DNA from: Nymphaea colorata
Lineage: Eukaryota
Reading direction: 5' to 3'
DNA: 64,000 nucleotides
NCBI RefSeq assembly: GCF_008831285.2
Contig: NC_045138.2
Coordinates: forward strand, 21,080,001-21,144,000
Shown in pieces: positions 43,693 through 55,620 of this stretch (positions within the stretch are counted from its first letter, which is position 1; every line of letters begins with the position of its first letter). The notes beneath the pieces were generated by a model. That model had not been told where the DNA came from. It ran no database searches and saw only the letters and a list, made by a program, of their open reading frames with translations. Both the position numbers and the translations under genes were made by a program.

Positions 43693-45985
43693 TTCAGCTG
43701 CACACACACTTGAAATGCCATTGAAGGAAGAAAACAGATGAATTTCCTTACTTGATCTCATTTGTATTTCAGTCTCTTAGAAACCACAACGAAGTTTTTA
43801 TGTTTTCAACTTAATTTTCATTATTTGTCAATTTCCATCAAATCTGGCATTGATAACTATGCACGCACATACATATAGACACATAGAACCTGACATTCAA
43901 CATGCGTTCCTCATTTTCCTTCATTTAACAAATTGAAAGAGCAGCAACAAATGCCTTTCAAATTGGTAGTGCACGATTGAAACTATCATAAAGCACCTTT
44001 CATGCACCATTTAGATTAATGTTATTGGCCTTTTGGGTTCTCTAGAAACCACCAACTTTGCTAGAACAAGAAGAAACGTCATGCCTGTTGCCTGTTCCAT
44101 GAAAATGACGGCACTTGTAAAGGAACCGATCACCATCGATCCACTGAATGTAGCGATGACATAATAATCTAAACATCTTGTAAATCCCCCACATACATAA
44201 ATCTCTCTCTCTATTTCTCTCTCTCTCTATCTCTCTCTCTCTTTTATATATATATATATATATATATAGTTGGCCATTTTGTTACCATTTTCCTTACATA
44301 ATTAATCAAATTGCACAAATGCACCTTGAATAACATTTTCATGAATTTTCAAAAGCATATTTAGTAAGATTCAAAAAGGCTGTTTAAGTCTTAATAAAAT
44401 ACCAAAAATATGTTCAGGTTTAAGGAGGGTAACATAACTGGTTAGGCTAGTAGGCTGATGAAAGCCCGACCAGTAATTGATTCCTATGGGTGTTATTTCT
44501 CAATACTCCAAACAGTTGCAAACACTATTATCGAGTTGAAGGAAGTAATCTTAAGTTTACTCAAATCAAGAAACATCCATAAACCCTAAGAGCAGAGCAA
44601 AAGGACTTCATCTTTGTGGGTGTGCTCCCCCTACAAAAAAAAACATTATAAAATCTTAAAACCGTTTTTCATAACTACAATATCATAATATGTGCGTATT
44701 GGAATGAAATTTTTTGAACATGAGCACCACTTTTGTTATTCGACAAAACTAGTTAAAGCGTCTTCGTCCAAACAAAGCACCACTGATGGTTCAAAGGGCA
44801 TGCAAACTTCCAATGTTTTTAAAAGATCGCTAATTATTCATCGAGCACATTGTAATTAGGAAGATATTTTCATCAGTTTTATAACTTAGATCACCACTGC
44901 TACGGCATCGGTCCGGTCACCGATACGACATTTTAGCCCGACACATATCATTATATATGTACCATCCTTTATGCCCCAATTTTTCATTTTGAGCTAAAAA
45001 ACCATTTTAAATTAATTTAGAAATTAATAAATAAAAATAAAAACCATATGAGACCTGGATTGTAATTTCATTTTTTTTTTCATCCCATTACTTTTCATTC
45101 ATGCTTTGAAGGGCATACAGTAGTTGGTCGGACGGGCAAACCGGTGAAAGTCCCATCGATTTGATTCCCATAGATACTATGGAGTACTCTTTCAGGCTGC
45201 AAACGGTAGATGCATGATGCATAATTGATAAGTATATGCTCCTCACTCAAGTCTCAAAGCAACCCTAAATCTCAGGGTAGAGACCAATGGAGAAAAAATT
45301 GAACTGTTGAACGCTATTCTAAAACTAAAGTTTTTGCTTTACAGAGAAATTCAAATGTTAGCAGAAAATACATGAGAAGGAAGTTCAGGTTGTTCTCAAT
45401 TTAACATTAATGTTTCTAAGGCGACTAGAACGATATTCTACCTGAGTGAAAGCCACCCCTTTTACTTTTAGGGTCTAGGTCTACGTCAATGCCTGGTGAG
45501 ACCATCCAGTGTATGCCGGCGGTAAAGATTCTACACTTAAAAGACGTTCAAATTGCAGTGGGTCAAGAGTTCAATGCCCAACGCAACGCTGTCGGGGATC
45601 TCCCTAACCGGGGAATGACCATGTTAGCATGCCATGTGGAGCCCGTCCACTTGTCCACGAGCGTTGATGACGATGACCCCTTTCGCGGCTTTGCTTGTTC
45701 TTATAGTTTCTTCTAAAGCACCCTCTTGAGCTTGACCAACTTTAAATGAATACACACCTTTGGACACTCCACCAACTAGCTGGAAGCAGGGCGCAAGAGA
45801 TTTGATCTTCAGGCTGAGAGAGTTTGGATTGGATAAAAGACTTGAATAGACCTCTAGGCTTATAAAGCTACACCAGATATCCAGTCAGTTCCAGTGAGGG
45901 GATTGAATGTAATTTGGATTGCAAATTAATAGATTTGGTTCATACACGATCTAGGAGCAAGGTCTGAAGTAGGTAGCTTCTAAAT

Positions 45986-46177
45986 TAGAGATGTCAATAT
46001 ATCTAATTTGATTCAGATATGAATGTGAAAATCAGATTCAGATCAGATTTGCATTGTGGAATTGGATTTTAGGTTTGGGTTCACTTTTCTTTGTTTATGA
46101 ATCTAGAATATGTAAATATTCAAAAAAAAAGCAAATACAATTAAGGGTATATCCGATTCGAATATGATCTGTCCCTA
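45986..46177. mobile_element. hAT-type MITE (TAGGGATGTCAA / ATCCGA-repeat family)
   Basis: Termini TAGAGATGTCAA ... CTGTCCCTA, TSD TTCTAAAT / CTCTAAAT (7/8), internal GGATT/ATCCG motifs. Confidence 0.65.
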
Positions 46178-48970
46178 CTCTAAATTAAACCATGATAAAT
46201 ACAAATGTCAATAGTTCCAATAGAATCCAATGTAATGTAAGGAGATTCGATTATGCCGACAACTTGACGAGAAAATCAGATTTAATTGGGAGTCAGATTC
46301 AACTTTGTTGTAAGGGCTGAACTCTAGTTTCAGAATTTTAATAAAAATTGAAATATAATTTTTCAAAATTTTATATAAATTAAACTAAAACTTGTAAAAT
46401 TTATAAATAAAACTTTTATTTTTTTTTTAAATCCAAGAGCGGGATGCCCCCAGCCTCCACATCTTCGTGTGTGTTTGTGTGTCTTATATAGATTGACCAA
46501 TCTCTTCAAACTGTAATTTTTGGAAAGCATTTTGAAATAATACTTTTGTGATTCGGAAGAAAAATGCGTATGGACCGAATATGATAAAAACGAAGGTTGG
46601 TTTCGTCGTTTTTATCGGTGGCGGAATCCGATTCCCGCCGGCCTTTTTATCAGGTTCTTCTAGGTGGCCCTGACTGATCCGCCGATGAAAGAGACTGCGA
46701 TCAGGGAACAAGAGGAAGGAAGGAAAGAAGGAAGAAGATCCAAAATGTATCGGATGCAGACAACCCACATGGAGAATTGCAGGAAAATTAATCGAGCAGG
46801 CGATAGGTCGGTACTCGGTAGTACTGGACGCTGCAAATGAAACGCTCGATCTCTCTCTACTCGGTCTGTGAATCACATGCGGTCCATGGTGGGGAAGGGG
46901 GGGCGCTCTGCTTTGTCGCCTGCCGCTGCAGTAATGGCGGAGCTACGCGATAAACGAGTACTGCGTGAGGGAGGACGTCGCCGAGGAGCTAGCGGGAAGG
47001 GATGACGACAAGAGGGGAGTCGCCGAGTCGATAACTAAGGAGCAGATCATATCAGCAACTGTGGCTGGACCTGTACTCGACCTGGGGACTCAGCAATAGA
47101 GAAGGGTACTGCGGAAGGGGGGGAGAAGAAGAGCCGGGAAAAAGAGAATGAGCCAAGGGGGGAGAAGAAGGAGGGGCAGCAGCAGGTCCCCCCCGGAAAT
47201 GGCGCTGACACAGACCTGATGTGGAAGGGCATTACTGTTCGATGATGCTCTCAGAGAGGGAGGGGAGAATGGTGTGGAAGCTCTCAAGGCCGCAACTAGT
47301 CATTAATGGCTTCCCTCTCCTTTTCTCTATCTAACTGTGCGGCGTCTGCAAATTGCTGACAGCGATTGCATGATTGAAAGGGAGAGGGAGAGAGAAGGTA
47401 GGGTCGGGGGATATGGTAAAAAGTGGGGGAGGGATGATGTTAACAACCAACCAACGAGGGAATGCAATTCTCGACTGCGATAATGGCGAACAGAGACAAG
47501 GCAGAGCCATCCACCATGTCCCTTACCAGATGCCAAAGCAGAGACATAAAGCAGAAACCGATGGCTACGGCGACTATAAATGCTTTCTTCCGCGCTCCTC
47601 TTTCTCTTTCTCTTTCTCCCCACAAACAAATTAAGGGCAAAGGGGCGCACTGATAAGTGATAAGAACTCACCAAATTTTAGTTTTGATGTGTAGTTCCAG
47701 TTTTGTGAGTTGAGAAACTTAGGTCAATAAAGTTAAAATAGTTAATCATAGTTCATAGATTTATGGATTCCTCTGTCCAAGATTGGACAGGGAAATCCTT
47801 CGGCCTCTCACAAGATGCATTGCATTGAAAGAAATTCACTCAAGCTTTCCTTGAAATATGGTAACTATGCAGAAATCTTACTTTTTATCTGCCTCACTTA
47901 CTTTTTATTATATGTAATTTGGTGAAATGAAGATGATATGCAAAAGAAATTGTCAAGTTGTTAGGAGTGACATATGTATCTATGAAGATGAACATACTAA
48001 CTTATGCCATCTATGCTTATTCAAAGTTATGCCATAGCATTTATTTTTTTGCAAAATGTGAATGAACATATGTTTACGAGTTTTTAATCAAATTAGAATC
48101 ACTTGTTATGACAATTTCTTGGCCAATGTTACAACTGCTCACTCATATTTGACAAAAATCCCCAAAAACGAGTCTTCGCCAGTGTTACTTGGGGGCGTTT
48201 GATTATTATGGAATTAAAACGCATGGATTTGATGTGGGTCACACTTTTACTAACGTGGTAAAAAGATCAAATGGTAAAATTAATGGTTCATCAAACGAAT
48301 GATTCTAAGTCAGCCTTAAGGTCCATATTTAAAATCCTTATTTTATTTTTTTTTGGCATTAAAAAAATAGTTGGTTTTAAATTCGAAAGAGTGGGCCTGA
48401 TCTTAAATCCACAATTTTCAAAATCCTAATAAAGTTTATCTAAATGCCCTGTTATTTTTTTGTTACTTGAAAGGGCAATGAGTATTTACCATCGTACGTT
48501 GGTGTGTCTGAATGTTCAATTTTCAAAATTTTATATTTTTTAATTCAATTAATGGCATGCACCAATAAAAAAACTAACTATATAAAAAATACTTTGATTT
48601 TCCGGTTGTCAAATTCTGGTGCAATATGAAGCAGTTCATGTTCCCGGCCGTCAAATACAGAATTAATTAGCATTTACATCTACCATTTAATTTAATGCAT
48701 ATCCTTTATTAAGTAATTACTAATAACGCTTTATGTTGGTTGCTGGGGCAAACAAATCATGTTACACGAATATTAAGCAGATTTAAATCAAACAACATTA
48801 TGTATAGTAATTTAACCTTAAATATATGATCTTAAGAGCGATTTGATGAGAAACAGAGATTACATTAATTAGTCATTTTTCTACTTTAATAATATTTTTT
48901 AATAACCAAAACATGAACTGCTCTAGCGTCAAATTTGTGATGGTAGCAAAATCAAACTCTCATATTTGTG

Positions 48971-49007
<37 letters not shown>

Positions 49008-49416
49008 CAATCTAATGAACAACCATATTAGTTCAATCCATTATAGTTGCATCATGAATTTTGACTGCTCCAACTATGTTCACTTTCCCTTATCGAATAT
49101 TATTTGCTATTGTACTGTCCAAACAACCCCTCTTATTGGAAGGGGTTAGAACGAAAATACCTTTTTCTACTTCTACACCCACGAAAACTCCTTTCCAGAT
49201 TTTGCATTCAATTGTGGGAATATGATAATTTCATTCATGAATTATTAGATAAGATAGATTAATTAAATATAAATAAAAAATAAAAGCCATCGAGTCACCT
49301 TTACCAAGATCTTCAGCCTATCCCGAAACCGGTAAAACATTATATTACAAGTAATTTTCTATTCTATTGAATGACACCTGCTTAGGCCTATACAAGGAAC
49401 AAGAAAGGAAGAAAGG

Positions 49417-49452
<36 letters not shown>

Positions 49453-49844
49453 TGCAGATAAAATATGTTACCAGATAGTTAAAAATTAAAAATATATAGC
49501 TAGAGTTGATGGCATTTTTAACCATTTTGTCATGTATACAAGAGAGATCGAGACATGTTCCAACATCTACCCATACAGCACATTCTTGATTGGCCCCATT
49601 TGTTACACAAGAGACAGTGGCATGAAAAACCAACAAGAGGAGGGGCCAACTATATATGTAAAAGCATTCCCCCACTGGTCCATTTGATGTTGTTTGTTCT
49701 AATCTCTTCCAAAGATGTTTTAGCATGCATTGAATGAGATCAGATGCAGAAAAACAGATGTTGGGATGCATGAACTCTCCTTTCCCTTGCCATGAAACCC
49801 ACAAATTAATTTAGTTGATTGCCGCGCCTTAACTTGGCCAATAT

Positions 49845-50780
49845 GGGTAGTTTGGCAGCAAGTACATTCATTCTGGAAGCATCCCATGAATCTACCAAAA
49901 AAATTACGGCATATTCATATGACACGAACTAGTATCGTATGAATATACTACAATTTTTAAAACAAATTCATGGATGACATACGAATCATTGTTAAAGTGT
50001 TCCATGAATCTACCAACAAAATTGCGGCATATTCATATCACACACACTAGTATCATATGAATATACTCTAATTTTTAGAACATATTCATAGATGACAAAC
50101 AACTCATTCTGGAAGTGTTCCATGAATCTACCAAAAAATTTGTGGCATATTCATATGACACGAACTAGTATAGTATGAATATGCTACAATTTTTAGAACA
50201 GATTCATGGATGACGTATAATTTTTAGAACAGATTCATGGATGACATACGACTCATTCTGAAAGTGTTCTATGAATCTACTAACAAAATTGCGGCATATT
50301 CATATGACACGAACTAGTATCATATGAATATACTCTAATTTTTAGAACAGATTCATAGATGACAAACAACTCATTCTGAAAGTGTTCCATGAATCTACCA
50401 ACAAAATTGCGGCATATTCATATGACACGAACTAGTATCATATGAATATACTCTAATTTTTAGAACAGATTCATAGATGACAAACAACTCATTCTGGAAG
50501 TGTTCCATTAATCTATAAAAAAAATTGCGGCATATTTATATGACACAAACTAGTATCATATGAATATACTCCTATTTTTAAAACAAATTCATAGATGACA
50601 TACGACTCATATATACTCCTATTTTTAGAACAAATTCATAGATGACATACGACTCATTTTGAAAGTGTTTCATAAATCTACCAAAAAAATTCCGGCATAT
50701 TTATATGACACGAGCTGAACAAGTATTGTATAAATATACTCCAATTTTTTCAAACAAATTCATAGATGACAAATGACCGC
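49845..50780. repeat. Tandem array of ~7.5 palindromic 118-bp units, bounded by degenerate Tourist-like TIRs
   Basis: The GAATCTAC landmark recurs at ~49888, 50006, 50124, 50273, 50391, 50509 and 50674 (118-bp period with two partial duplications). Left boundary GGGTAGTTTGGCA; right boundary TGACAAATGACCGC followed by TTA. Confidence 0.9.
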
Positions 50781-51024
50781 TTAATGCTTTGGCAGGTTGT
50801 AGATCTTTGGCTGAAGGACCCAAAAAAAAAAACCCAAAAAGATTCTTAGAACTATTGTGTTGGAGCAAGGGAAGAAGTTGGTTTGTATACTCATCAATCA
50901 TCTGTTCTTCTTTTGTTCTTCTACACAAGAAAGTTGCTTTTGACATCGTTGCACTGCAACTTCACGGGTAGGAACGTCAATAAGTCGAAGTGCATCACAT
51001 GCATGACTGAATTGCTTTAAGAAA

Positions 51025-51385
51025 GGTCGGATATGGAAAAATATCCAACATCCCATGGAGAAATCGGATCATGTTCAGATCTAATAAACGGAGACTTGGT
51101 TTGAAATGAATATTCGATTGGATTCGTATTCAGATTCATTTTCAAACAAATATTCTAGATCAAATTGTCCACACTTTTTGAAGTCAGTTGTACCATATCA
51201 TAATGCGGTTCGGATTATATAAAAGTCTGATTCGGGGGTCAGATGTGAAAACAGAAATCGGGTTCGGGTCAGATTCAGATTGGGAATTTAAAAATCGGTT
51301 GATATATGATGTAAACATCTCTTTATTTGTATACTAATCGAAATTTAAATCCGAATATGTGAATATCTGATAATGTTGGGTACGT
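51025..51385. mobile_element. Degenerate ATCCGA/TCGGAT-repeat MITE remnant
   Basis: Cluster of TCGGAT/CAGATT motifs like those in the 41646 and 61720 copies. Termini not recognisable. Confidence 0.45.
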
Positions 51386-51649
51386 CCTATTTGTCTACAT
51401 AGCATAAAACTCCAAGGCTAGTACAGACGTATTCATACTTTGGCTTGTCATGAGTTGCAAAATCTGGCTGTTTTCTTGACAGGTAAAGCCCAACTCATCT
51501 CCCTTTCACAATCGAGCAAAGGTCACATGCTTTGCACTTTGACTCGGACATCCCGGCCTCAACAATTTTCTCCTCTCCTATTTAAAAATTTGAGACTTTG
51601 TATCTCAATTCAAACACGATGGTAATAAAGAATACGTCTGTACATAATC

Positions 51650-51900
51650 AGAGTCGAGCTCTGTCAGTTCAACTCGACTCGACTCATATATAGCTAGGCT
51701 GGAGCTCGAATCGAGCTGCACAAGGTGAACTAGTTCAAGTTCGTCCACCAACTCCCCATTTGACTTGAAGTTTGAAAAGTACAAAGTCGACTCGTCTATA
51801 AGATCAAGGTCTCTGTTAAGCTCGAGTTCGACTCGTTACAAACGAGTAGAGCTTAACCGAGCAAGTTTGAGTCAAACTCGAATTGGCTCGACTCATTTAG
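51650..51900. mobile_element. CTCGAG/ACTCGA-repeat MITE remnant
   Basis: Repeated GAGCTCGA/ACTCGACTCG motifs of the same type as 28100-28466. No clear TIRs. Confidence 0.45.
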
Positions 51901-54332
51901 AAAATGAGTGAGATAGAGAGAGCAGATGCAGCCAAAGGGACTGGGGGCGTTTAACATTGAACCTAATTTTGGACAGAAGGCGGGTCACACCCACATGCCC
52001 GCACATATGCGGGAGGTCTTTGTTGGTGCCTCCATGAAAAAGAAAACAAGGGATCTAAAAGAGGAGGACAAGGCGAATACCATAAAAGCGATGTGGTGGG
52101 TGCCCCCAACAACAGCACATGAATGGGCAGATGGGCCCCTGAAAAGGCTGACCCACCACCCTCCTAGGCCCCAGCCCATGAGAGAGAAAAAGATGAGACC
52201 CAGCTGTCGCCAGCCATGGCCGCCCGCGTACCCTTTCAATCCACAGAGATCAGAAAGAGGGAGAGAGACTTTTTTGGAACTCAGAGGCTCGATGGGGAGA
52301 CGACGGCCGGATCTCTATCTCTCTGGTCAAGGCTGGCTGTCCTTGACAGGCATTGCCATCACTCGCCCGCCACAGCTTTTCGCTTCTTTTGTTTCTCCCT
52401 TGTTATGATGCCAACCTTCCATTCCCAACAACGTCCCTTTCATCAACACTTTGGAGAGAGAGGGATTGTCTGTTTTCAAAAATTAGCAAAAGAAATTCGC
52501 TTCTTTCTTGAGAGAAACATCTGGCGCATCTAATGATTCCATTTTGAAGCAGGTCCTCCTGAAAATCCCAGTTAAGAATCAGGCTTTAGTTTCCCCCCAA
52601 TCAAGGATGGATGGGACGACCTTGAAGCGTTGCAGGAAAGCAGGTTGAATCAGCCGAAACCATCAATCCATTTCATCTTCAGATGTTCTGGAAAATTTTC
52701 TTCTTCTTAATTATTATACATAGAATTTGTCAGAGATTATTTTTAGAATAATGTTTTGCAGGAGCTTGGCTGGCTGCAGAGAAGGAGAAGTGGGGAGTTC
52801 CCGGAACGCTGCTCATTTGGGTTGTCGACCCGACCTCCTCTTCTCATGATGTGCTTCACGATCCCCACCGCCGCGACCACCACCACCACCGTCAGACCAG
52901 AAGCGGCCGGCCGGCCGGCCATAAAGGAAGAAACAGGGAAAGGGCAGAAGAAAAAAGAGGGAACCAATGAGTCAGAGGGATGTTTGTATAAAGGGAATAA
53001 AATGATGGCCCCTCGAAAAGACTGTCTTTTTAAGAGCACAAACTCCCAAGTTGAGTGAGTTGAGCCTTTTAGAGGTTGAATGGTATTGCATGGTGAGCAG
53101 GCAAAGGGCGTGTGAGGAAGGGAGACGATTCGTGGGAGAAATCATGAAGGGGGAAAGAATCTGATGAGAGAGAGAGAGAGAATATGATGGAGTCTGCCAT
53201 AAAATTGAGCAAAATGTCCACCACCAGAATCATGGCTTCCAGAAGGGCTTATAATTGCCGTCCTTTTTAATACTTTAAACAAAGAAAAAGCCCATCTGTA
53301 ATAATTTAGTTTAAAGGAAAAACAGAGACGAAGGTTGGCACTGCGCGTTCAGTAGCATCTCGGTACTGTAATAGTAATCAATACGCGCGCAAGAAACCGG
53401 TTCCTGCCTCCTTTTGTCTTAGCTAGAGCCAGACATAGCATCTTCATTTTCAGAGAAAAAGAGAGAGAAAATCATAATTCTTCTTCTTCTTGCTCCTGCA
53501 ACAGTAACAAACAAGGCTTCCATTAATGGAAGAGTCTGCCACTCAAGAATCAAGATGCAGAGATGGGGAGCGCTTTTCCATGTTGGGTAAAGTTTCTTTC
53601 TTCAATTCATGCATTCATCCACTTTACAATATCAAGACCAGCAGAGCATATTAAGAAAAACGAACATAAAAAGAAAAAAGAACGAAGATATTCAAAAACT
53701 CGCCCTCCACTGCCGGGATCACCATCTCCCACTCTTCATCCTCCCCCTCCTCCCAAAAATTCTCCTCTTTTTTTCCTTGCTCCTATCTAAATCTATACAA
53801 GAAGAAAAGCAAGCCCAAAGCTTGCTTCCCCTTTAATCAAAACTTCTAATCAAGAGAAAAGAGTAACAAAGAAAGTAAGCAATCCCGCAAATTGAACCCA
53901 AAAACCAGAAAAATATGAAAAAAACAAAGGATTTTTACTCTTTCTTCCTAAACTGCGAATCTCGATATATGTTGTTTTTAACGTTATTCTCATTTCTTTT
54001 TTTACGTCGATCTATTCTCTATGTTGACTCTCTCTCTCTGCAGCTAGCCATAGCTTGCCAGCCATGTATACATCTTTGGCAATAAACAATAATAATAATA
54101 CTAAGAAAATACCAAGCGACAACCAAGCAAGCTTCCTCTCCCTCCCTCATCTTCCTGATTCTGCGACGTATCCGGAATGGCGGGGGCCGGTTGCAGAGGA
54201 GGTGGAGGTGGCGGAAGAGATGGGGGCTCGGCCATTCTATCTCTCTAGTCTTGTTTCTTTACTCCCCTGCCCTCTTTCTGTTCTTTTTTTTTTGCCTTAA
54301 TGGGGAGGAGGTTGGCTATTGTTTTGTGTGGT

Positions 54333-55364
54333 CTACCGCTGCCGCCGGGTGCAGATGTCGAGGAGCTTCTTCCTGCCCTCGACGATCTCGTCGAAGAAGT
54401 CGTCCAGCTGCGCCACCACGGCCTCCAGCCCGGCCTTGAACGACCCGAAGCACTCCCTGAGCGTCTCTACCTTCTCGGAGACGGCCGACACCGCCGTATC
54501 GGCTTTCCCCTGAGCCCGCAGGTCCAACAGCGCCCAGATGTCGTCCATCACCGCCTGAGATCGCCTCAGCTCGTAGAGGAGGATCGCCGGCGGCCTCGCT
54601 CCTCCACCGCCGCCGATGCGCTCGATCTCTGCCGCCGCCCGGCGGTGAAGCCCCGAACCGAAGCAGAGACAGCAGCCTTCCTCTTCCTCCTCAGGCGAAG
54701 AGCACCCGCCCATGGAGGCGCCAGAGCCGGAGGGAGGAGAGTAGTGGGCGAGGCCCCAGAGTAGGAGGATGAGGAGGAGGGAGCTGGCGTTGCTCATGGC
54801 GAAGAGCACACCTCGGAAGCCGTTGAACTTGCCGGCCGAGCCAACGCGGCGGCCCTCGAAGCGGACGAGGTCGCCGATGCGGGCGTCGACGAGGGCTTTG
54901 TTGTCCTCCTCAAGGCTAACGGCCTCCCGCCGGCAGCCGGAGATGCTTCGCATGACCTGTCGGCAGAGGGCGGGCGCGGAGGCGGAGGACCACCACCGGC
55001 CGTCGGTCATGAGCGGCAGGGCGGCCTCCACGGCGGCCTGGTATCCCTCGAGCCCCGAGGCCGCCGACTTGAGGACGTGGCAGGCGCTCCACAGCTTGGC
55101 GCTCTCGTCCATGTAGTCGTCCAGCCACTTGTCCCCAGCAGGCAGCCGCAGGCTCTGCACCAGCCGCACGAGCTCCCCGTGCAGCGACCGCAGCAGCCCC
55201 AGCGCCTCGTTCACCCATCTCGCGCTCATGAAGCAGTCGTCGTCGTCGTCCTCCCCCCCTCCCACTCCGCCGCCGCATCCCCTCCCCTTCGACGCTATGC
55301 TCTCCTCCAGATCCTCCATCCCTCTCCTCAGCTTCGCATAGAATCCACTGATCGACGCTTCCAT
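54333..55364 (-). CDS. BPS1-like / DUF793 family protein (At1g22030-type), single exon, 343 aa
   Basis: GC-rich ORF with family motifs LVQSLRLPAGDKWLDDYMDESAKLWSACHVLK, GCRREAVSLEEDNK, FNGFRGVLFAMSNASSLLL and QLDDFFDEIVEGRKKLLDIC. Confidence 0.9.
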   Translation of the reverse strand: MEASISGFYAKLRRGMEDLEESIASKGRGCGGGVGGGEDDDDDCFMSARWVNEALGLLRSLHGELVRLVQSLRLPAGDKWLDDYMDESAKLWSACHVLKSAASGLEGYQAAVEAALPLMTDGRWWSSASAPALCRQVMRSISGCRREAVSLEEDNKALVDARIGDLVRFEGRRVGSAGKFNGFRGVLFAMSNASSLLLILLLWGLAHYSPPSGSGASMGGCSSPEEEEEGCCLCFGSGLHRRAAAEIERIGGGGGARPPAILLYELRRSQAVMDDIWALLDLRAQGKADTAVSAVSEKVETLRECFGSFKAGLEAVVAQLDDFFDEIVEGRKKLLDICTRRQR

Positions 55365-55556
55365 CTTCTTCCCCTTCTTCTCTCTCTCTCCTTTTCCAGA
55401 CTCCTCCTCCCCTTCTCTCCTCTTCCCTCGACTGTATTGGATTCGATCCTCTTCTCAGTCGCCTCGCTCTCTCCTCTATCTACAGAGGAAGACAGTCGGG
55501 ATGGGGAGGATGGAGAGGCAGTGGGGTGGATGGGCTTCGGCTGCGGAGAGCTCGTA

Positions 55557-55620
55557 ATTATAGGGAGGGAGGAGGAGATTGGATTGCGGGGAGGATTGGA
55601 GGAAAGAGCGTGCATGCATG
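55557..55620 (-). promoter_or_regulatory. Putative core promoter of the BPS1-like gene: TATA-like box and RY element
   Basis: Minus-strand CCCTATAATTA (TATAAT 55562-55557) lies ~195 bp upstream of the ATG. RY motif CATGCATG at 55613-55620. Confidence 0.4.

Noticed and set aside
55328..55615. 95-aa ORF overlapping the BPS1-like start
   Set aside because: Its ATG lies upstream of the putative TATA box, and the peptide is a translation of GA/CT low-complexity leader.
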